Source: Gammaproteobacteria bacterium
GTDB lineage: Bacteria > Pseudomonadota > Gammaproteobacteria > Steroidobacterales > JBCCMA01
Reading direction: 5' to 3'
Length of the DNA: 64,000 bases
Assembly: GCA_045106455.1 (NCBI GenBank)
Contig: JBGCEL010000004.1
Coordinates: 6,434 to 70,433 of the forward strand
Below are positions 9,493 through 19,772 of the stretch, one piece after another (the stretch's first letter is position 1; each line of letters opens with the position of its first letter). Made by a program: the position numbers and the translations under genes. Below the pieces are notes generated by a model. The model was not told the DNA's origin. It saw only the letters and a program-made list of their open reading frames with translations, and did no database searches.

Positions 9493-12291
9493 TTAGAGGC
9501 AGCGCAAGTCGAATTTCCCATCTGCCTTGTGCTGATTGTTAAGATACGGTGCACCGGCAAGTGGTCGTGTGCTTTGCAACTTCACAATAAGCGTACCGCT
9601 TGCCGCATCCTGGTAGAACACGCCGCTCTTACTCGAGTCGTTGAACGTACGTAATTCGTCAAGGGTCAGCGCTTGATGCACAGGCTTGATGTTGGATCCC
9701 GGCCAATTGGTTAGCACATAGTCGGAGGGCTTGCTGCAGTTCGGCGCGAAGTGCGCGGCCGACGGTCCATCGATGATCATCGCTGACGTCCAATCGCCTA
9801 GATCGAGGGTTTCGATCCAGATCAGGTTCTTGTCCGGGGTCGTGCGAAAATCAAGATTGGTGATCCGATAGTTGATCGGTTGCGGTGTGTCCGCATACAT
9901 CTGAAACTTGGAAAACAACAACGCCGGGTCGCTGTTGCCAACCGTCGCATTGGTGTCCAGACGCGTCACGTCAAAAACCTGCTTATCGGACGCCGCGCCC
10001 GTATTTTCGCCCATCTGGAACTTGATCGACTGCGTCGGCGTCTGGCAACGCAAGATCGTCGACGCCGGAGTCGCCGGGTCGGCATCGGCGTTATTGGACT
10101 CGCGCACGCAATCCCCGGCAAGTTGGTTAAACGGATCGTCCGGACGTAAATACCCGGCAGCGCCGAACAACGATCCGTCAATGTCGTAGTTGGTCTCGCT
10201 GGCGTGAACGTCTCTCCAATTGAGCCCGAAGTGGCGCGTGTCGTAACTGATTCTGCGATACGGATCGTTCACAAAGTGAATTTGCTCCATCAAGTGATTG
10301 GCAAAATGCGCACGGCCAAATCGCGTAATGGGGGTCGGCGTGATTTCTTTGTTGTTCAGATACATCGGCGCCAGCGGTGCCGCAGGATAATCGAACGTTA
10401 CGTTTCGAAAGTGGTTGGGACCGTCGTACAAACCCCACCCTTTAAACAGGTTGTTTATGTTGCCGCGATCAACGCCCGGTATGCTCAGATCGGCGTGATA
10501 GTAGAGATCCTTATCCGCCGGCGTCAGGCCCTGATAATTCTCGCTGATACCGATGAAGACCGAATCGAAAAACTCCTGATTGCCAGTACCAAACCAACCA
10601 ATCGGCGCTTCTGCGACCACGGCGTTTTTGATGTGCGCCGTTTTTGCCAGACCCCGATAGTAAATGGCCGTTTTGCCCTGCTTGTAGGCATGCATTCCAT
10701 CAAACACCTGCGACGAGCCCGGTGCATAGCCGGTGACGGCTGGCTCACGATCAAACTCGTTGTCGGGATCGACCTGAGCCCCATCGGGCGCGCCGTCCCA
10801 GGTATGTCCGATACGTGTTGAGTAGGCGACATTGTCTTTGTAGTGCAATGTCTGGGAATTAATCGGCCGCACGTTTACCGGGCCCGCCAGACCGGCATAG
10901 TCGCAAAACTCGCCGTAGTTCGCCTGCGGTGCACCCTGGCTGTCGTAGCAATAGAGCTTGCGGATATAGGCATGCCAATAACCGCTACCGGAGTTGACCA
11001 CCACGTTGTCCTGAATCGTGTTGTTGCCGTTGGTGATCCAGAATCCGGCCGGTCCACGCCAGCGGGACAAGCCCACATCAATATCGGTCTGCAGCAGGTT
11101 TTCGCCGACGGCCGGTTCGATAACATCGACCACCAGATTGCCGATCAACGTATTCTCAATTTCGTTGCCGTTCTCAAGGAAGATCGCGTGACCCACCACG
11201 TTGTAGCAAAGGTTGTTACGAATATCGGCTTGATGCGTGTTGTGCAGGGCGACGCAGCGACTGGCGGAATCATGAATCGACGAATTGCGCAGGTACTGTC
11301 CTGTGACCAGTCCGGCATGATGCCAATGCACGGGATACCGACCAAGAATCTTCTGCTGACCCATGCGCTGGAATTCCACCGCGTCAATGCGCGCGGTCGC
11401 ACCGGGCATGATCATCAGGTGACCGCCTTTGGGTCGTGGGGCGTTCCAGTAGCTGTCATTGGCACCGCGAATCGTAATGTTGCGTTCAAGATTGGCCAGA
11501 TAGGCGCGCATATCGGCCACCAGGTCCTGCCCATTTTCGCCTGCAGCCGGATAGACCTTTGGCGCACCGCCGTAGTGGAAATGCTCCAGCGCACTGTCGA
11601 TCGCACACGTCCCCGCAGGGCAGTTATCGTCGAGCGTCAGTAATTCGGTTTGATCGAAATAAGTGCTGGTGGTGGTGAGGATAATCTGATCGCCCTTCTC
11701 CCAGCCGCCCGCACCCGCGGTAAGCAAGGAGGACTGATCGGCCTTGGCGTCCTGATTCAGACGCGAGAAACGCACCTTGGTCAGCTGACCGTGCAAATCC
11801 AGCGTGCCGCCGTTCATGACCACAAACGCACGCTCGCCGTGAGTGGATGGTGCAGGAAACGAGCGGTTATTTCGCAAGGTGAAGGTCACGTTGCCATCGA
11901 ACCGATTGCTGGCAGTGCCGCATTCGAGCTTGGCGTTCGGCCCCGCCACAATAATGCCGTCCGCCTTCACTACCGCATTGACGCCCGCCGCGCAGCGCAG
12001 CGTGCCGTTCACCGTAATCAGCCCGCAGTTGGTGTTGCCGGTAATTTGATACACCACGCCATTATCTGGAATCACGATATCCGGCGGGCCGCCACCCACC
12101 GGTTGCAAGCCGCACAAATTAGTGAGTTGCGCGGACGGCGCCGGCGTCACAATCGTTGGTGCCACCAGCGCCGATGTCACGGGCGGCAATGGCACGGCGG
12201 TCGGTGTCGTGACCGCAGGCGTTACCTGAGCGGCGCTGGCCAGTGAAAGCAACCCGGCGATTAGCCCGGTGGTTAATTGCGTATGTTTCAT
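9493..12291 (-). CDS. secreted G8-domain / right-handed beta-helix protein (CEMIP/TMEM2-like architecture)
   Basis: Signal peptide MKHTQLTTGLIAGLLSLASAAQ. G8-like glycine-rich region (ITVNGTLRCAAG...IIVAGPNAKLECGT). GRYPVHWHHAG motif and PbH1-like repeats (NSSIHDSASRCVALHNTHQADIRNNLCYNVVGHAIFLENGN). AAGGA SD before ATG 12291. Confidence 0.7.
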   Translation of the reverse strand: MKHTQLTTGLIAGLLSLASAAQVTPAVTTPTAVPLPPVTSALVAPTIVTPAPSAQLTNLCGLQPVGGGPPDIVIPDNGVVYQITGNTNCGLITVNGTLRCAAGVNAVVKADGIIVAGPNAKLECGTASNRFDGNVTFTLRNNRSFPAPSTHGERAFVVMNGGTLDLHGQLTKVRFSRLNQDAKADQSSLLTAGAGGWEKGDQIILTTTSTYFDQTELLTLDDNCPAGTCAIDSALEHFHYGGAPKVYPAAGENGQDLVADMRAYLANLERNITIRGANDSYWNAPRPKGGHLMIMPGATARIDAVEFQRMGQQKILGRYPVHWHHAGLVTGQYLRNSSIHDSASRCVALHNTHQADIRNNLCYNVVGHAIFLENGNEIENTLIGNLVVDVIEPAVGENLLQTDIDVGLSRWRGPAGFWITNGNNTIQDNVVVNSGSGYWHAYIRKLYCYDSQGAPQANYGEFCDYAGLAGPVNVRPINSQTLHYKDNVAYSTRIGHTWDGAPDGAQVDPDNEFDREPAVTGYAPGSSQVFDGMHAYKQGKTAIYYRGLAKTAHIKNAVVAEAPIGWFGTGNQEFFDSVFIGISENYQGLTPADKDLYYHADLSIPGVDRGNINNLFKGWGLYDGPNHFRNVTFDYPAAPLAPMYLNNKEITPTPITRFGRAHFANHLMEQIHFVNDPYRRISYDTRHFGLNWRDVHASETNYDIDGSLFGAAGYLRPDDPFNQLAGDCVRESNNADADPATPASTILRCQTPTQSIKFQMGENTGAASDKQVFDVTRLDTNATVGNSDPALLFSKFQMYADTPQPINYRITNLDFRTTPDKNLIWIETLDLGDWTSAMIIDGPSAAHFAPNCSKPSDYVLTNWPGSNIKPVHQALTLDELRTFNDSSKSGVFYQDAASGTLIVKLQSTRPLAGAPYLNNQHKADGKFDLRCL

Positions 12292-12323
12292 ATCGATCCT
12301 TTTTTATTCAAGATTTGCGGCGA

Positions 12324-15300
12324 CTATTGACCGAGGGTCAGGCGCTGCCAGCCGCCCTCACCCGTCGAGCCGTCGGCGTTTTCAATCTGCACAAACAAGA
12401 AATTCCAGCGCAGCGGTGAGAACAATCCATGCGGTGGTTCGTCGAGCGATGCGTTTACCATCGGAAACGTAAATGGCACGTTATCGGCGAGCGCCGCGGC
12501 TACGCCAGGCGCACGCGGGCCACCCAGCATGAGTTGGTAGTAGGCATGGGGCTCTAGCTCCACGGCCGTTTGCCAGATCGGCGCGCCGGTCACAGGGTCC
12601 GATGCATCCGTTGGGTAAAGTGGCAAACTCAGAACGCCGGTCTTGAGTTGATCCAGCGGACCACCCGGGTCCGGTGCCGCGGCCGCATCGTCGTTGTGGT
12701 AGTGCAAATGCAAACGCGCGCCGTGACGAATGTGATTGCCAGCCACTTGAAAACGGCGCGGCGCGTCATCGCGAATGTCGGCGCCTAGACCAAAACCGTT
12801 CGCGTCGGCGCCGTCTTTAATCAGGCCCCACTGCAGCAAACGCACTTGATGCAGAAACACACTTTCCAGGTCTTCGTTGTCCCGTACCCGCCAGACGCCC
12901 TCAATGTTGGTCACGTTTTCATAAAACGAATTGGCGACCATGGGCAGCAAGGCGATATTGTCTGGCGCGGGGCCGTCCACGGCTGCTGGCGCGACGCCAT
13001 CGGGTGCGGCCACCCGGCGCTCGCTGCCAAGCGGTACGGATTGAAACACCAATCGATCACCGACTTGCAGTGCATCAAGAAGCTCCGTCCGTTTCAAAGA
13101 CGACGCCGCCGCGTTTAGCGGCTGATACCGCTGCGTCACCGGATCAAACCAGAAGCCCCGTGCGCTGCCCGCAAGCGAGGCCTGCACCGCCACCCCGGCA
13201 TTGGCTGAACCTGCCTGTTGCTCCATACACATCAGCGTGGCGCCAACATTGTCCGCGCACGCGGCCGCGCAGGCCGTGGTGCCAACGGGCAGCGGCTCGA
13301 TGGCATCCACCTGACTCATGGTCACCGTCACCGCACACCCGATCATCGGCGCGGCACCCCAATCCACCTCGTGCACAAATTGATTGAGTGCCTGCAGGTT
13401 GACGCAGTGATCGTCGCCCGTCGGGCACAGCGATGAAGAAAAAAACGTGCGATTAAATTCGTTGATCGACGCCACCGTATTGACCAGTAACGGCGCGCCC
13501 GTCGCACGGGTTCCAAGATGGAACAAACCCTCGAAGCCGGTATACGGCGCCTGATCCGGATGCTCGAGACCGTCGATACTGCGCCGCGCTTCTTTCTGAA
13601 ACAGCCCGCGAATGGCCGCCGTTTCGGTGGGCTGGTTGGTCAAATCCGTAATCAAATTGTTGCTGCCCTCCGGCAGTGAATGGCACATCGCGCAGGAACG
13701 GGCCGACGCGGTGGTCGGAAACACGTGATACACCTTCAGACCACGCTGGCCCAGCGTGCTGGTATCCATATTCACGTCGGTCGTCGGATCAAAAAAACCG
13801 CTGGGCTGGCGCGCGCGAAGCTGCTTCGGATTCGGCGGATAGGAAATGGAATTGATGAACGCCTCGAAGCGCGCCATCTCCACCTCATCGAGCATGGCGC
13901 CGCCGAGCAAGGAACGGAACGAGCCGTTGAACGCTTTGAAATCTTCACGATCTGCGCGCCAGTGATACGGCGCATTGGTCACCCAGCCCGCATCTGCTGG
14001 CTCTACTTCGAAATTGAGCAACCCCTGAAGCGACTGAGTGACCATGAGGTCTTTGTCCGCCGGCAACTTCATCGGCGGCAACGCATCCACCAGCGCAGGC
14101 GGCACTTCTTCGTTTTGTGCTTCGGGTGTGCCCAGGTCCCACGCCAAACCATCGGTGCGACCCCACATGTGACAGCTCGCGCAGGACACAAACCCGTTGG
14201 CGGATAAACGCGCGTCATAGAGAAACGGCTGGCCCAGTCGGATGTAGTCGGGTCGTGGATCGTGGGACAGACTTAAACTTGCGTTGTCGACTAGCAATTC
14301 ACTGATCGGATCAAGCACGACAATCGAGTTATCCAGGTGGTTGAGCACGTACACCCGCGGCCCCGGATCATTTAGCTGCTGCGGATTGCCATACTTAATG
14401 GCAAGCGCGTTAGGGCCCGCCATGGGATTGGCATTGAACGTTGGGATATCGACCACATTCAGCGGCCACGCGCCCGCATCCAGCAACGTGGCGGCGGGTT
14501 GCAAGACGCCCACCCGGTCGTTGCTAAACGCTGTGAAAAACACTTTGGTCGCCGACTCATCGGCGTACACCGCGAGACTGGTCAACGTGGACAGCGCCCG
14601 ACTGCGCGGCACTGGCGAGGGCAGCGGGCCCGATGGCTGCCACAGATTAACGTCGCGCGTTTGCACGATGCTATCCGTCGCACACGGCGCAGCAACACGG
14701 TGAATTTGACTACGTACAAATCCGGTAGGCGCATCTCGCACCGCGTGCTCATCCGTCAGTTGACGATTTAGTGCGGTGCCGCTGGCTACGAAGAGCGAGC
14801 CATCAGGCGCGAACGCCATATTAAAACCGGTGGTACCAATTCCGCCACGCCCCACGGCCATGTCAAACGGTGTGGCCGCATCGGCGCAGTACAAATCCAG
14901 ATCAAACCCAAACGCATCGTGCTCATCGCTGCCGCCCTTTGCTGCAAGCACCAGCAGCTTGTCGTCACGCACCAAAACCGTCCGCGGTTCTTTGAGTGCA
15001 CGCGCGATCGTTTCATCCACGTTGCCATCCAGATCATCATCGATTGGCGCGTTCACGATGGCCGCCCGCAGCGCCGTATCCGCCTGGACGGGTGCAAGCG
15101 TCAGCGCATCACGCCATCCCACACCGTCGAGCGCCATGTGCGTGACAAACAAGCGCTCACGCACCTCACCATTTACCATTTGCGTGTGAAACGCGATATC
15201 CAGTGGCTCGTCCCCGACCGGCGTCGTCTCGATCAGTCCGACGCGCAACGACGCGGGGCCCTTTGGCGCTGACAGTCCAATCACCGACAGCGAGTCGCCC

Positions 15301-15620
15301 AGAAAGTTAGCCACGTACAGACGCGACAGTCGCGCGTTATAGCGCACCGACACTGGCTCAAGGCCCACGCGCACACGCGCCAATCGGCGATCGTCCGCGG
15401 ATTCATTCGTATCGTAAATTTCGAGCGTACCGTTGCGCGTATTCAATGCGGCGAGATAGTCATGTCCGCCCAAGCGCACCACCTCCAGCGCGTGCACTTG
15501 CGGGCTCTCGACGTTGAAATAGTCGCTGCGGCCTTGCGCCGTAGCGCTCACATGCCCGGCGCACAAGGCCATCACAACCCACACCCGGCTATGCCAGCTG
15601 CACAATTTTCGTGTCGACAT
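12324..15620 (-). CDS. exported beta-propeller protein fused to a dihaem cytochrome c peroxidase (CCP/MauG)-like domain
   Basis: Start re-picked at ATG 15620 (GGAGGGGAAGGTG directly upstream), giving signal MSTRKLCSWHSRVWVVMALCAGHVSATAQG. Two haem-binding CxxCH motifs: FLYDARLSANGFVSCASCHMWGRTDGLAWDLG (classic CCP context) and SCAMCHSLPEG. The N-terminal half has repeat character (YVANFLGDSLSVI, YVLNHLDNSIVVLD). It lies 32 nt upstream of the G8 gene, so an operon is likely. Confidence 0.7.
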   Translation of the reverse strand: MSTRKLCSWHSRVWVVMALCAGHVSATAQGRSDYFNVESPQVHALEVVRLGGHDYLAALNTRNGTLEIYDTNESADDRRLARVRVGLEPVSVRYNARLSRLYVANFLGDSLSVIGLSAPKGPASLRVGLIETTPVGDEPLDIAFHTQMVNGEVRERLFVTHMALDGVGWRDALTLAPVQADTALRAAIVNAPIDDDLDGNVDETIARALKEPRTVLVRDDKLLVLAAKGGSDEHDAFGFDLDLYCADAATPFDMAVGRGGIGTTGFNMAFAPDGSLFVASGTALNRQLTDEHAVRDAPTGFVRSQIHRVAAPCATDSIVQTRDVNLWQPSGPLPSPVPRSRALSTLTSLAVYADESATKVFFTAFSNDRVGVLQPAATLLDAGAWPLNVVDIPTFNANPMAGPNALAIKYGNPQQLNDPGPRVYVLNHLDNSIVVLDPISELLVDNASLSLSHDPRPDYIRLGQPFLYDARLSANGFVSCASCHMWGRTDGLAWDLGTPEAQNEEVPPALVDALPPMKLPADKDLMVTQSLQGLLNFEVEPADAGWVTNAPYHWRADREDFKAFNGSFRSLLGGAMLDEVEMARFEAFINSISYPPNPKQLRARQPSGFFDPTTDVNMDTSTLGQRGLKVYHVFPTTASARSCAMCHSLPEGSNNLITDLTNQPTETAAIRGLFQKEARRSIDGLEHPDQAPYTGFEGLFHLGTRATGAPLLVNTVASINEFNRTFFSSSLCPTGDDHCVNLQALNQFVHEVDWGAAPMIGCAVTVTMSQVDAIEPLPVGTTACAAACADNVGATLMCMEQQAGSANAGVAVQASLAGSARGFWFDPVTQRYQPLNAAASSLKRTELLDALQVGDRLVFQSVPLGSERRVAAPDGVAPAAVDGPAPDNIALLPMVANSFYENVTNIEGVWRVRDNEDLESVFLHQVRLLQWGLIKDGADANGFGLGADIRDDAPRRFQVAGNHIRHGARLHLHYHNDDAAAAPDPGGPLDQLKTGVLSLPLYPTDASDPVTGAPIWQTAVELEPHAYYQLMLGGPRAPGVAAALADNVPFTFPMVNASLDEPPHGLFSPLRWNFLFVQIENADGSTGEGGWQRLTLGQ

Positions 15621-15722
15621 CACCTTCCCCTCCAGACGTTGCCATATGGGGTTGGAGTCAATGCCCGATTGCTTTGCCCCCCCGGGCAACGGTAAGGTCG
15701 AAAAAAAGTCATCGGCAGCGCA

Positions 15723-16307
15723 ATGGGCGTATCGCTCCACGAAGAACTCCGCAAGATTGCTGGCGGCGACCGCAAGGCCACCGCATGGCTTTACGACACG
15801 TTCGCACCGCGTTTGTATCGTCGACTGCAGGCGCGTTACGGCCCGCTGGGACTCGACGCCGAAGAGCTATTGCACGATGCCTACGTGTTTTATCTGCAGC
15901 ACGATGGTCGGGTATTGCTGGCACTCGCCGAGCGTTGCAAGGACGAGACACTCGATGAATTTAGAGTGCATACCGCACTGTGGGATTTGGCCTGCGGCGT
16001 CGCCAGCAACAAGCGTCGCTCACAGCGTCGGTCAAATCTCGTGCCGCTCAATGACAGTGCGCTAGCCAGCGACGACGGTACCACTCGTCAAACGCTGACC
16101 CGTGACCTGCTCGAAAGACTGGACCTGTGCCTGAGCCACAAAAACCCGCGCGTCTATTTGTACTTCAAACTGCGCTTCGTCGATGGATTGGCACCCGACG
16201 ACATCAGCAAAACCACCGGCTGGTCGAAGAAGGCGACATACAAACTGCGTCAATCGTTCAATGCGGCGCTAAGCGACTGTGCCGATCGACTGGAAATCAC
16301 GCCGTGA
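15723..16307 (+). CDS. ECF-type (sigma-70 family) RNA polymerase sigma factor
   Basis: About 190 aa. Region-2-like DAEELLHDAYVFYLQ. Region-4 HTH LYFKLRFVDGLAPDDISKTTGWSKKATYKLRQSF. Confidence 0.75.
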   Translation: MGVSLHEELRKIAGGDRKATAWLYDTFAPRLYRRLQARYGPLGLDAEELLHDAYVFYLQHDGRVLLALAERCKDETLDEFRVHTALWDLACGVASNKRRSQRRSNLVPLNDSALASDDGTTRQTLTRDLLERLDLCLSHKNPRVYLYFKLRFVDGLAPDDISKTTGWSKKATYKLRQSFNAALSDCADRLEITP

Positions 16308-19027
16308 GATGGTCACTCATCGCATCGCTGTCTGTGACTTGCATTCTCACGGCGTGCGCGCCCGATGAGCCCACCACGGATGATCTGACCAGATCCGTGA
16401 CGATTTCCGTGCGCGGCCACCAGGAAGTGCGTCTGCAAACCGGGCAGCCAACACTGCCGTGGTTTATCGGCGCGCCATTCGTTGCCGGCGTGTGTCTATC
16501 CCCGCCGCTTGATGCTGATACAACGCAATGGCGGCTGGCCATAGATCTGGACCAGCACGACCCCAATCCGACGTTTAAAATGCCTACGGCTCGACGCGGC
16601 GAAATGTTGTGTGTTGATACGCAGCACACCGCCACGGACAACGGCCTTCATGCTTTGTGCGCCACCGTCGTCGATGATTTCGATGGCGCAATACGAACGC
16701 TGCCATGCGAGCCGGTGCATGTGAGCACGCACGATAGCGCGTACGCCGAAGCGAGTGATGCGCTCCAGCGTCTGCTACGCGAAACCCAACGCACTGGAAT
16801 TGCCGCTGAATTTCTAACTCTCGCGGCACAAGCACACGCCCAGCAACGCCCGGCAACGGCACTACGTGCGCTATTGATTGCAGCGCATTTCGAGCGCCGG
16901 GACGGGGGGCACGCTGCCGCAAACCAGCTAGACACCACGCCGTCGTGGCTTGACGACAATGCCGCGCACGCCATCGCCGCCCAGTTCTTTTACGAGCGCT
17001 CGATGATTGCTTTGCTTCAGGGCAATTTGCGTGCCGCCTGGCAAGATGCCGTTACGGCCGAAAGACGGTTTCGCGCCGTGGCGCATCCTAAAACGATTGT
17101 CGCGGCCACGCGGCGAGCACAAGTGCTGCAAGTGGCCGGCGCCGCCGATGAGGCACGCCGTGACCTCACGCGTGCCATTGCTCAGTGTGGAGGTAGCGAA
17201 TGCGAGCTGGCGCTGTTGCGCAATGCCCGCAGCACGCTTGCGTGGTGGCTCATGCGGGACGGTGCGACGCCGGCGGATCTGGAGCAAGCGCGCACACTTT
17301 TGACCAACGCCCTCGACGCAACGAAAGGCCTTGAACGCGCCAATGCGCTACTCAATCAGGCCTGGATGGATGCCCGCTCTGCACACGTTTCCAGCGCGTT
17401 AGACGAGGCCGGCCACTTGCTGCGTGATGCTAAGGGTCAACGCGGCGAGCAGCTACGTCACTGGCATACATTCTTGCTGGCCCGCAACGCGAGCCACGAC
17501 GGCGACCCGGTCCGCGCATTGCAGTTGCTCGATCAAATTCGAGACACCACGCCGGAACTTGCGACACGCACCCACAGTATGCGCGGTCACCTGTTACGTG
17601 CTTCAGGCCGACGCCAAGAGGCGGCACAGGAATTCTCACGGGCCGTCGCCCTGCACAGACGGGGCCTTAACCATGATATGCGGATACCGCTGTCGCCCGG
17701 ACAACGGGCTTCGGACCATTACGCACTGGCACTGAATGCGATTGATCTCGACGCGCCGGAGGCCGCCTGGACCGCACTGTCTTTGCTCGGCGACACACCC
17801 CGCGATTCAAGCTGCGACCGTGATCGGAACCACTCGACCGAGCAACGTCTCGATACGCTGTACCAAGAACTCAACACTCTGCAAGGATCGGTTTCCACAC
17901 AGCGTGCACGCCAGCGCGCACAAATACGCACACAACTTATGCTCGAGCAACGGGCGCTGCTGCGCAGCCACACTCTCTGCCATTCTGATCGAGCGCTGGC
18001 AGCTGAACCCGATCTGCGCGCGTTTTTCTACGACAATACGATTGTCGTACTGGCCCGCGATGATGCCGGCCGGATCGCGGTCGCCAAACGCACCCCCATA
18101 AAACACGCCTCTATGCACAGCACTATTGACTGGATGCGGCACGCGCAAAACGACGCGTCCATCGACGATATACAATGGCGGATGGCCACACGCGATTTGG
18201 CACTGGCGCTCTTGCCGCCGCCGGCCCGCTTTGAAGCGCCGTTAACACGCATGGCATTGCACGGCGCACTGCAAAATATACCGGTGGGGGCATTACCTTA
18301 TGGTGACGGCTGGCTCGCCGATCTCACCACGCTCGTCCAAACGCCGGCCGGCCAAGGGCAGCCCTTCCAACGCGATCTGCAGCGCACCCGTGGCGCAGTG
18401 GTGATCGACCCCAGTGAAAACTTCGCCAGCGCACAGGACAGCCACGACTTTTTTAGCCGTGAGTTGCCCTCGGCAAGCATCATTCGCGGTAGCACAGCAA
18501 ACGTTGCGCGCGTTCTGCGCGCCGCACGCGAAGCACGCTGGCTGCACATCGACGCCCACGGTGCCGCGGATCAACAGTTCGCTGATTTGTACGCGCTGCA
18601 CATGGCCGACGGCCTGTTGTTTTCCGCTGCCCTGACGCGACAGGCCGGCGGTCTTGAGTTTGCCAATCTCAGTAGCTGTCGCAGTGCTGCGTTTCCATTA
18701 ACCGCCGATGGTGGCCAGTGGGGGCTTGCCGGTGCGCTGGCGCAGGCCGGTGTTCCCTGGGTCATTGCGGCACGCCATGATCTGGACGACGAGGCAGCCG
18801 CCCGCTTTAACCAGAATTTCTACGCACACTACAACGTGAAGCCCTCGGTTCCCGCCGCCTATCGCCACGCCCACGCTGCACTGCGAGAGGCCTTCCCCGC
18901 ACGTATCTGGTCAGCATTGATACTTGTAGGGGGGCAAACTGACGCCACCCGGACTCCTCCCCTAATAGCGCAGCCTGTATCACCCGCTCGCCGCGCGCCC
19001 GCAACCACGGCACAACGCGATGAATGA
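16304..19027 (+). CDS. helical-repeat (TPR-like) + CHAT (caspase-like protease) domain lipoprotein
   Basis: GTG 16304 overlaps the sigma-gene stop (GTGA) and gives MRWSLIASLSVTCILTAC, a lipobox. A long alanine-rich helical-repeat region follows. The C-terminal CHAT domain keeps the His (WLHIDAHGA) and Cys (FANLSSCRSAAF) dyad. The track start 16127 is an over-extension into the sigma gene. Confidence 0.75.
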   Translation: MRWSLIASLSVTCILTACAPDEPTTDDLTRSVTISVRGHQEVRLQTGQPTLPWFIGAPFVAGVCLSPPLDADTTQWRLAIDLDQHDPNPTFKMPTARRGEMLCVDTQHTATDNGLHALCATVVDDFDGAIRTLPCEPVHVSTHDSAYAEASDALQRLLRETQRTGIAAEFLTLAAQAHAQQRPATALRALLIAAHFERRDGGHAAANQLDTTPSWLDDNAAHAIAAQFFYERSMIALLQGNLRAAWQDAVTAERRFRAVAHPKTIVAATRRAQVLQVAGAADEARRDLTRAIAQCGGSECELALLRNARSTLAWWLMRDGATPADLEQARTLLTNALDATKGLERANALLNQAWMDARSAHVSSALDEAGHLLRDAKGQRGEQLRHWHTFLLARNASHDGDPVRALQLLDQIRDTTPELATRTHSMRGHLLRASGRRQEAAQEFSRAVALHRRGLNHDMRIPLSPGQRASDHYALALNAIDLDAPEAAWTALSLLGDTPRDSSCDRDRNHSTEQRLDTLYQELNTLQGSVSTQRARQRAQIRTQLMLEQRALLRSHTLCHSDRALAAEPDLRAFFYDNTIVVLARDDAGRIAVAKRTPIKHASMHSTIDWMRHAQNDASIDDIQWRMATRDLALALLPPPARFEAPLTRMALHGALQNIPVGALPYGDGWLADLTTLVQTPAGQGQPFQRDLQRTRGAVVIDPSENFASAQDSHDFFSRELPSASIIRGSTANVARVLRAAREARWLHIDAHGAADQQFADLYALHMADGLLFSAALTRQAGGLEFANLSSCRSAAFPLTADGGQWGLAGALAQAGVPWVIAARHDLDDEAAARFNQNFYAHYNVKPSVPAAYRHAHAALREAFPARIWSALILVGGQTDATRTPPLIAQPVSPARRAPATTAQRDE

Positions 19028-19760
19028 CGATAAAAACCTCGATGAACTGGCTCACGAGATGGCACGTGGCCTGCAACCTGCGAACACGCCATCGCAGCTC
19101 ACCGACGCTGAGCTCCAGGCCTATCTTGATGGTCCCGGTGGTGCCGATATCGAAACTCGATTGGCGCGGGACGATGCCGCTCGCCAACGTCTTGCAACGC
19201 TCGCCGGTGTCGCGCCAGTCGTGGCGCCGACCGCCGTGCGAGAACGCATTCTGGGCCCGGAACCAGCACCGGTTCAACCTAATTGGCTCACCCGCATCGC
19301 CGCCGTCGTGGCGATGCTTGCCGTTGGGCTGGCGGTCTGGATGAGCGGTCCGACCGGTCCGACGGCTGAGCAGCGCCGCGCCTTCGCCGCACTCGACTAC
19401 TCGACCTCATTGCAAGGGCTGGCGCGAGTACGCGGCGTCAATGATGCGCGACCTGCCAGCGCCTATCCCGACAGTTTGGTCAGCATTGAGATTACACCCA
19501 CGGTGAGCACTTCTCTGCCGCTGCACTACGCGCTGTTCGCAGGCCGTCCGCCGCACCAACAACGACTGCAGCCCGTAAGCATACAGTCCAACCGCGGCGC
19601 CGTGACGCTGAAATTTCATCCCGAGCAGTACGCCGCGTTGCAACCCGGTCCGCTGCGCTTGCAAGTGGTTGTAAGTTTGCACGAGCTGCCAACAGACGCC
19701 TCACTTTTTGATAAGCGCGATAAAATTTTCGATTACGACCTGCTGATTCTGGCTCGCTAA
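19020..19760 (+). CDS. single-pass membrane protein with anti-sigma-factor-like N-terminus
   Basis: LTDAELQAYLDGPGGADIETRLARDDAARQRLATL resembles the anti-sigma (ZAS/RskA-type) N-domain but lacks the H/C zinc ligands. One TM helix (WLTRIAAVVAMLAVGLAVWM). Periplasmic C-domain of about 130 aa. ATGAATGA overlap with the CHAT gene stop. Confidence 0.5.
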   Translation: MNDDKNLDELAHEMARGLQPANTPSQLTDAELQAYLDGPGGADIETRLARDDAARQRLATLAGVAPVVAPTAVRERILGPEPAPVQPNWLTRIAAVVAMLAVGLAVWMSGPTGPTAEQRRAFAALDYSTSLQGLARVRGVNDARPASAYPDSLVSIEITPTVSTSLPLHYALFAGRPPHQQRLQPVSIQSNRGAVTLKFHPEQYAALQPGPLRLQVVVSLHELPTDASLFDKRDKIFDYDLLILAR

Positions 19761-19772
19761 AATCAGCACACG

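Noticed and set aside
15685-15710. Possible ECF-type promoter (GGCAAC-N17-GTC) just upstream of the ECF sigma gene
   Set aside because: The match is short and degenerate, and it would place the TSS only about 5 nt from the ATG. This is not enough evidence to call without TSS data.
16127-16303. Track start sites that extend ORFs into upstream genes. Examples: 16127 for the CHAT gene, 38895 for the GGDEF-EAL gene, 29170 and 30686 in the adaptor/adhesin operon, 25410 for GH16, 15740 and 7713.
   Set aside because: The longest-ORF extensions encode Arg/Cys-rich junk and overlap neighbouring genes by 80-230 nt. Downstream starts give signal peptides, lipoboxes, SD sequences or 4-8-nt stop/start overlaps.
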